A DNA stretch of 62,983 nt, the filler included. It is 10 parts of 10 records of this genome, joined end to end, with 100 filler letters (N's around TTAATTAATTAA, not from the genome) between each part and the next. Parts side by side here need not be neighbours in the genome. Positions count along the whole stretch, not along the records: positions 50,700 to 58,855 come from SRR15195285_286; positions 58,956 to 62,983 come from SRR15195285_292; 8 more parts are not named here. One strand, written 5' to 3'. Numbering within the stretch: the stretch's first letter is position 1; every line of letters begins with the position of its first letter. The notes under the pieces are model-generated. The model searched no databases. It saw only the letters and a program-made list of their open reading frames with translations, and had not been told where the DNA came from. Shown here in pieces: positions 57,401 to 62,983 of the stretch. Both the position numbers and the translations under genes were made by a program.

Positions 57401-58414
57401 CTCGCGCCTGTGCCTCTCTTCGGCGCGCTCCAGTTCCGCCGCTGCTGACGCCCGCTCCTCTTTGCTCCGCGCCTCCAGTGCAGCCTCTAACTCCGCTGGA
57501 TCGACCATTCTACCGGCGGAAGACCGTGGCGGCGGAGTTACTGCCGCAGTCAGAACCTCGGCCTCATCACTTTGCTGCAGTGCCAACACGCTAACCGCAG
57601 CGGGCGAAGCCGGCAGAACAGCGCGAGCACTTCCGTGCATCGTTCCGCCCTCCTTGAACCGAAGAGTCAAGGGTCGACCAGCGGCCTTGATTTGCTGCAA
57701 AGCGCGTTGGTACCCTTGCCCGCGCACACTCTCACCCTGCACCGTGAGCAAGATCAGGCCGGCGTGTAGCTCTGGGTGCTGCTGCTGCGCCTGCCCGCCC
57801 TCGTTGATGGCTAAGATCTCGATTTCTCCGTTGTGTCTGTTTGGGGTGAACTTGATCCCCAGCGCCGCCGGGTCGCGGAAGGTGGCCTCGACCTCCTGAG
57901 CTCGCTGCTCGATCATCTCATCCTGATCATCATCCACCTCTGCCATCGCCGCCGCCATCAGTTCTGCCGCTGACGCAGAGGCGGCTCGCTGATCTGGCTG
58001 CAGCGAGGCGCGCCGGAGCCTATCGATGGTTTTCACATCATTGGTTCCCTTCGACAAGATATGCTGCTGCAGGGCGGCTGCCGCTGCTTGGCCGGTCGGT
58101 TCCGGTGGCTGCGCAGGCCGCGGCGATTGCCGCGGTGACTGCAGCGGAGAGGCGTCGACGAACACGATTTCCAGTGGACGCCCGCTGCGCTTGATCAGCT
58201 CCAGCACGCTCCTGTAGCTCATACCTGCGATCGAGCTGCCGCCAATGGCGGAGACCTGCATGCGTCCCGGCCGCAGCACGTGGCTGTGCCGCTCCGCCTG
58301 CGTGCCCGCATTGGTCCCGACGAGGTGCACCCCGCCCGTCTCCGCATTCTCAACCAGCTTGAGCCCCAGCGACCCCGCCTCACTGAACACCACCGCCGTC
58401 CTCCCCGGCTCCAT
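51479..58414 (-). CDS. Giant single-exon coiled-coil protein with two N-terminal PDZ-like domains and an IQ-like motif
   Basis: Two repeats of F...G.LG.K....G...........G.QA..H..L..G.......G.S.....Y...L..IK..GRPL...F. Long A/E-rich heptads, AAARIQTNFRVAHAKR, and an S/P/R-rich then acidic tail. Confidence 0.85.
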   Translation of the reverse strand: MEPGRTAVVFSEAGSLGLKLVENAETGGVHLVGTNAGTQAERHSHVLRPGRMQVSAIGGSSIAGMSYRSVLELIKRSGRPLEIVFVDASPLQSPRQSPRPAQPPEPTGQAAAAALQQHILSKGTNDVKTIDRLRRASLQPDQRAASASAAELMAAAMAEVDDDQDEMIEQRAQEVEATFRDPAALGIKFTPNRHNGEIEILAINEGGQAQQQHPELHAGLILLTVQGESVRGQGYQRALQQIKAAGRPLTLRFKEGGTMHGSARAVLPASPAAVSVLALQQSDEAEVLTAAVTPPPRSSAGRMVDPAELEAALEARSKEERASAAAELERAEERHRRELAEVQKGLAVEKQLKLTLQLELDAQQALITELQAMVDLGPSPRPDHDLAAVQRDLEAEEARAAELAEQLMAEKTRAASEAEKLLQQQSVLQARLEASESASGRDADQSAERHARALSAAEQEREAKEALALELAAQVEELRAQLASTAATHASAMEHRNAELELIKGQLAEEVNLTHTREQTSEGQAAGATPGLTASTAPFCVKCASQKSEGARSDLDSRQAELMRQRTEMLARMEKTRAAERIKAVEAQLVAESRQRAAATADATHAQEKLAATQQLLHGAEGEIEKLKAELQQSDQDLIAQRAQLARVAKESAETQDAAVVGAVAASAAKHAVELSTEQRALHASVEQAKELAEQELRSHQANAERELEMTRTAAAAAANDQALTIRQIQGDLELARTEATRLRAELEESRQAHTDLTSSHEAALRHALAAADGKRQVELTELRSELEAASQQSRTDMAAKIDELHNRRVDEVEAVRSELSLELRTKAAEYAKEIAGIKEELRMAQEVIETETSLRLQTESDKDSLEQLALVDRDHLSHEAAMSVELAYAATEAVADAQRTTEEMAKHHSVEILALRTTSTTEIGELERNHKAEIRRLRLELDTAKTNAEKDKHDTMTTTARELQQMQARNGAEQFEAAEEAARRLEHAQGLHLAAVESARQQAAVKEEQHAAEIKVLRQTTETVRQEVLRLREECQEVRNTSARELAELSNSHEAELEHASATAEARHVLEMSTLTNSMKATMNQSRTKLTTEMEDLRERSNTDLESLRSQLTLEIRTDANEYARKLAALDGELESAKEVIELETRRRQELEMEAVELRKSHSASTEEAIELKTSLSTVTEETASALAEAHNIATEMAKHHQTEMAALRAQSASEIEQLTNVHRLEKQSLQSEITSTKMTCEQELHAMTMQNARHLEEMQAHHSAAEEQTAKQTAEAMEQVKLAHAAALDAAKSSARAATEQHEATLDAIRRDCEAQRLEVVRAHTELQDARGQHAAELEDLQDSNVAAAAGIAAAAAAQQAADMAAYEEMTEATIQQVRDAAAQKIEAASQQAEKEMAALREKLTSQVRSTATTHAEQLEATVQEMREAKAESEVAMQRRIEIEVELERAQARAELKLAQAIAAARIQTNFRVAHAKRSTKDVRVSFLAEHARCMEAAADNEMKLYTRAAEIDTEAKQMSQSMQQAHQKELADAGSSAARELEATAAKHSEQVENLRSEFAAQQAEAESALRTCRDEHVEELQSLKDTHTAAKSKSEEQKAAWLADVQAAMKRSIAAMESASATAAAKHEGEITKMEARVRRAEAEANHFRSAHAQEVEEKNSVATKQQDAVDEHKVLKTALEQAEGRANRHLAEVEDKMAKIAELEEQLEINKSAFKEEKDALVQTHREELARIEATHIETMQASASRLAEVQASNRRSVDAMEAAQVASADNHAAAVQVLQAESAAARRSAEIARITDSVALGGAACTLEIKWRERHAALEAADKVALAEVVRDSETKIADMQRENEAALEVMMHQLRLETVTKVKGLEDSHREELDAMQSTWRAEASLSGLQQSLADAQNRAEKLSEKKRRSARKERGHVANVPRRPGQQPVEGDPWTPKPSDAALIGRQGQDPQGYSGRMEVRIMSHGAKPLGLQGNGTPAKARVMTKSTPGPSPSVTPRQLQAEQKAVQRLSATASGNKSASARPKAKAQSVRRKKASAVSTTRNVGGESLSIRSAKSPGPIRVGRSASANTRAQSRSGQTRGSSLSPRSPVSNSSSKGSPVRTRATTPGARGAGTLTATDQGEDEQVLGVEDTEEEEDEEDYIEELDDEEQQALAELRKRLGNAEAQIAEARHDDSQSADGMSSAFGMEQSSSFSTLEQELERAKADAMDGLASPISPISDESEILASGSDSHLAARMVDDEDLLRDSGNPSPDDDDEGRMAIAWARVRRGEASGYVQASSDTPRLLEKARRATEKKDQQQNI

Positions 58415-58855
58415 CCCTCCTCCCTCAACGCCCTCCTCCCAGCATCCCAACCAACTCCCGTCCCCACACAAGCAAACAACCCACTACACCCCCACCCCAC
58501 GCCCACACCACCCCCCCCACCCCCATCCGCCCCCCGCAAATGCCGGCCTTCCCTTCCTAAAAATCTCTCAGGCGGACACACACACACACGCACGCACAGA
58601 GGCTTCTTAACAAGGCTGCTGCAGCGTGCAGGTCGGACGGAGGGTGCGTCGTTGGAATGTTCCGATTCTCGCCGTTCCGCGTTCGAGGCGCCGTTGGCCA
58701 TCCGCGGCGGTACAGTACAATCCCTCCAAGCGCCGGGATGTATTAAAATTCAAGAGGCAAGCAATGAATCAGAATCACAATCACAATCAGATACCGGTAC
58801 CAGTACATTGCTCGAATGACACCTTGACAATTAATCAAAATGAAAAGAACAAAGT

Positions 58856-58955
58856 NNNNNNNNNNNNNNNNNNNNNNNNNNNNNNNNNNNNNNNNNNNNT
58901 TAATTAATTAANNNNNNNNNNNNNNNNNNNNNNNNNNNNNNNNNNNNNNNNNNNN
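58856..58955. other. Artificial contig spacer
   Basis: N44-TTAATTAATTAA-N44. Confidence 0.99.
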
Positions 58956-59408
58956 TCTCCGGGCACTGCGAGGACGTCTCTGGTATCCCGTCTCGAGACT
59001 CTCTTCTTCTGCCTCCGTGTTAGCGCAAGCCCTTCTCGGGGGTTCCGCAGGAGCGGATAGACTGGGTCGCAGAGTGGCTGGGGTCCATTGACCGTTTCTG
59101 ATCATTGGCACAGAGTACGGTTGAGATTTATCGAGAGTGCTACACAATTCCACAATATTCAAGACCAGCCCTGCTGCAGATATCGGCTACTCCATTGGGA
59201 CGCCGAACGTCTTGGCGACCCGATTGGCCAGTCTGCCCTGAGCCCTCATTAGTATTGAGATCAAATAGTGGATTACTGATTTATCCAATCCAATTCGTTC
59301 GTTTATACTCGGTAGCAACTCATTCAGTGGCTACCTTACCACCGGCATCGCAATTCCGAAGTTTGAATATGAAACAACGACGTTTCACCGTTTCGACTTT
59401 TTAAGGAA

Positions 59409-62400
59409 CTACGGGAACTGTTCTCCCCGCCCTCGTAGCCTTGCGAGCTCGCGCTTGAACTTTTTTACCTTTGGTTTTGCCTTCTTGTCACCCGTCGCAA
59501 GTGCCTCCACCACCTTGAGCATCTCGGAGACCTCTTCTTCATCGCCTTCAATCAGCATCGTTAGGTCTTCGCCGTATCCGATTTCCTCGAGTGCCACATG
59601 GCAATCCGCCAACTTGATCGCATCAAGCCAAGCTTTTGTTGATGCAAACGACAGTGATGTGTCTGCTGCGTGGCGAGGACCGGTATCATCTGGTTGTGAC
59701 GTATGTGTCATCTGCTTGCGGTGTGTGTCTATCTCTCTCTGTCGTCGCACTGACTCTGGCACAGGCTCCTTCTCATGCCACAGTTTGTACAACTCCCATG
59801 CGTCTCTCAGCTCTTGTGGAGTGACATCACCCGTGTTCACCGTTTCCAGAAATGCTGGCCAGCTCAGCTTTGCCGGCAGTGTTTCAACGACGCCATGCAA
59901 CTCAGCCCGCAGGCCCGAAGCAGACTCGGGTGGAGAAGGCATCACCGGGAGCTCTTGTGCTTTTGCAGCCGACTCCACGCTATTGTGAGTCGTTGTTGAC
60001 TTCAACGGTCTGAGCACTTGGCGAAGCCGCTTGGACTGATCGGTCAGTGTAGTAGACGGGCCAGTCTTAGAACTAGAATCGGCAACAGCATTGAGCTGCT
60101 GCTGGCCGGGTTGTTTCGCCTGATCGTTAGCTTTCTGCCGGTGGACGATCGGCTGCTTCTGCCGATCGTTCAGAACTGTTGCCCGAATGCCGTTATCTGC
60201 GCTGTGGTGGTCTGATGAGCTGAGAGGCGGGTTCAGGTTGCGGATTTCATACTGCCCCGCCCGCTGTGTAACGTCAAGCACACCTTCATGTGGCTGTCCC
60301 TCAGCGCACTCTTTGCTTCCTGTCCCCACCTTCGCCAGCGTTGTCGCTGCCTCCGCCTCCGCCTCTGACTGTACAACCGCGCCGTCGTCAGGTGGCAGTG
60401 GCTTCTGGGTTGCTCTGTGCTCCACATCATCTTCTTTTGAGTTTGGCGCAACTTCTGTACTCGGCGTGGTAGATGCAACCTCTTCCTTTAGGGATCCTGA
60501 GGTTGAGCGAACCCCCAACTTCAGGCCTATTGACTCCATGTAGTCTGGTGAGCCCAGGACAAACCCCTTATTCAGTGCGTGCTCGTGGTTGTAGATAATA
60601 TCAGCCACAGCATGGTGTCCACCGACAGTAGCCATTTCCGACGCGTTGAACGTCGAGCGCACGAACCAGGATGACACCCACCAGACATACCACCTCAAAC
60701 CATGCCGACTAGTCGTCAGAGCGGGATCCGCGCCATGCAAGAGCAGTAAACGCGTTAGGTCACCGAAGCCACCTCTCGCCGCTACCATCAATGCACTCAC
60801 ACCGTCTACATCCTGCAGGTTAATGTCGTCCTCGGCTCCGTGCTGGAGAAGGAGCTCTGTGATCTCATACTGGTTTTTCTGCGCGGCATGCATCAGTACT
60901 ACACCTACTCCGCAACCAACACCGCCGAGTTAACTGAGCCCAAGCGTAGAGTGAGGCCTTTGAAACAGAACGGCGCCACTCCGATCATCTAAAGGGTGCA
61001 TCTGAGGTGAAGCTGGTACGTACCACCGTGTTCGGTCGTTAGATGCACATCTGCGCCTGCTTCGAGAAGCAACCGCACCGCATCCATCCGACCCTCTTGT
61101 GATGCAATCATTAGGGCTGTCCATCCTTCTCTATGGGGGATGTCAATTTCTGCACCGGCTGCGAGTAGTGTCCGCACACAGTGCTCATGCCCCCACGTCG
61201 CTGCATCTACCAGTGCGGTTCCACCGTCCTTACGCCGATGATTGACGTCCGCTCCGTGCTCCAACAGTAGCTTCAAAACGTCGTTGGCACCCTACTCAGC
61301 GTTCAGCAATGGAAAGGTCGTCAAGCGTTAGTTGACATTGCAGTCTACTATAGAGAACCACAGCGTAGTGCTTGCAATACACTGCTGTTCAAATAGCTCC
61401 GATGCACTGCTGGGCTTACCACTCCAGCAGCGATCGCCAGAGGGGCAGAACCTGCACGGTTTGGAAGATCAACTGTTGCACCACCCACATCCATCAAGAG
61501 TTGTACCACCTCCGCATCACCACTGTGCGCTGCTCCAATCAGCGCACTGACACCCGCGTACCTAGAACGATACAATCACTCTCATTTAAGTCTAGACGTA
61601 CGCTAGGACGAACGTCTAGATTTTTGTTCTTCTGTTCTGAGATGGACGGAAGCATCCCCACGCACGAAAGCTTATCGGCTTCTGCTCCGTTATCAAGGAG
61701 TAGCGCCACCACCTTGGCGTGACCGCCTCCAGCCGCGGCCATCAGTGCAGTCTGACCGTACGTGTCGTCAATCGCGTCGACACCTCCCGTAAACTTATGG
61801 GCCAGTTTCTATCGCCGTTCGCGCGTACGCTCGTTTCAGTGCCGGCGCTTGCTACAGGAAATGACAAGATGGACTGCATGTGTATGTGTCCTACAGTCGA
61901 ACTCAGACTGCTTGCTAGCGGACTCACGAGGAACGCAACGACAGAAGGGTAATCACCGCGCCCGGCCGCCTCCCGCATTCGAGAGTCGGGACTGATGAGA
62001 GCGCGATCAGAGCCTGGAACAATGGGAAGCTCGTCAATTACCTCACCATACCTGTTCCAAACGAAGAGGTCGTGTCGTGTGTATGTAGAACTCATCATCG
62101 AACACGTAAACAGGTTCAGTGGCTCTTATGCAACTTACTTATTTCGAAGATTTTGCAGCAGCTCCCACTCCCGACCTTCAAACTCGGCAAGAAGGTCTGG
62201 GACGTCCGAGATCTTGCTGGGGTCGTGTTCACGAAACACTGCACGCACCTACCCCAAGACAGAAGCATCGTTGCAGCGACAAGATTGCATCAATATGTAT
62301 ACACAGGTCAGGCAGTACGGACTAATCAGCTACGGCATAGATACAAGTCGATTCGGCCAATCATTTCCCGCACCTGCTGTTCAACCACTGGAATACCCTG

Positions 62401-62874
62401 GTGAATGAGGTTCGCAACGCTGTCATGCCCCATCCGCAGCGCAATCTGCGCTGCAGATTCACCAAGCCATCCTCTCAGCTCTAGCTTTGTGAAGAGCCAT
62501 CCTGGTGCCCATACTTCTGCAAGTTTCACCACAGTGGCAGCTCCCCAGTACTCGTAAGTCCTAGCACCTGGCAGTGCCCCCCCTATCATGAGGATACGTG
62601 CAACCTCCTCGTGACCATTTTGTGCAGCCCACATCAATGGGGTCCATGCACGCGGAGGGTAGGAACGCAACCCCGCGACCGCACCGCGGTCCAAGAGAAG
62701 CTGCACGACCTCCGCGTTTCCCGCCTCCGCCGCATACATTAGCACACTCTCTCCTCTATCGTTCTGTGAATTTGGGTCTGCACCATGCTGAATCAACAGC
62801 CGCGATATGTGCGTATGGTTGTTGTTGGTACTGAAGCTCAGAGCAGTGTTACCGTCAGACCTCTGAATATTTAC
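59409..62874 (-). CDS. Multi-exon ankyrin-repeat protein with C-terminal SAM-like domain; 5' truncated
   Basis: Many G.TAL/PLM.AA..G..E.V.LLL..GA repeats across exons. The C-terminal AWLDAIKLADCHVALEEIGY.EDL...KVKKFKREL resembles a SAM domain. Confidence 0.85.
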
Positions 62875-62957
62875 CTGCAGTGCGCAAGCACATTACTTGT
62901 CTCAACGGTACTATGTCTCACCTGCTCTTCAGGCTGTACGCATGTACGCGTTTTGGC

Positions 62958-62983
62958 CAGCAGCAGCAGCAGCAGCAGCAGCA
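62958..62983. repeat. (CAG)n tract at window/contig end
   Basis: Perfect CAG run. Confidence 0.9.

Noticed and set aside
42547-57899. Long antisense ORFs (e.g. 42547-43434, 56952-57899; also 4613-5554, 15594-16188, 30142-31471)
   Set aside because: These are Ser/Ala-rich shadows of real GC-rich or coiled-coil genes on the opposite strand
4561-58955. Repeated TTAATTAATTAA palindrome as a biological repeat, CRISPR or att site
   Set aside because: It is always centred in exactly 44+44 N, so it is a six-frame-stop linker added when contigs were concatenated
58956-59400. Possible transposon end or gene start in the AT-richer stretch after the ankyrin gene
   Set aside because: Only short ORFs, with no terminal repeats or recognisable motif
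1-62983. One multi-gene cluster or operon spanning the window
   Set aside because: The genes lie on ten separate contigs, so adjacency across spacers carries no information
1-62983. rRNA, tRNA, CRISPR arrays, transposases
   Set aside because: None was recognisable by eye; tRNAscan-SE or Infernal would be needed to exclude small RNAs

Overview
This is not one continuous locus. It is ten short contigs joined by nine artificial 100-nt spacers (N44-TTAATTAATTAA-N44): about 1-4560, 4661-10337, 10438-14281, 14382-18088, 18189-21603, 21704-40046, 40147-44589, 44690-50599, 50700-58855 and 58956-62983. The DNA is eukaryotic: a compact, GC-rich protist genome with short GT-AG introns and CTGAC-type branch points, probably a flagellated heterotroph because an RP2 orthologue is present. 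Recognisable genes are an S28 prolylcarboxypeptidase, a beta-helix/CBM6-like fragment, a PXK/Slob-like PX-pseudokinase, an MLO-like membrane protein carrying a cyclic-nucleotide-binding domain (CNBD) and EF-hands, STT3 fused to two Dabb barrels, a bacterial-type SelA/DgaE-family PLP enzyme ending in a PTS1-like AKL, two S1 sulfatases, a GHL15/GH168-like hydrolase, RP2, two large coiled-coil proteins and an ankyrin protein. The standout is an intronless ~18 kb ORF for an RNF213/mysterin-like AAA+ ATPase and RZ-finger E3. In the region where animal RNF213 has its RING, it carries a split PH, FYVE, ubiquitin-like, second FYVE and DysF cassette. All domain calls come from motif recognition by eye; no database searches were run.
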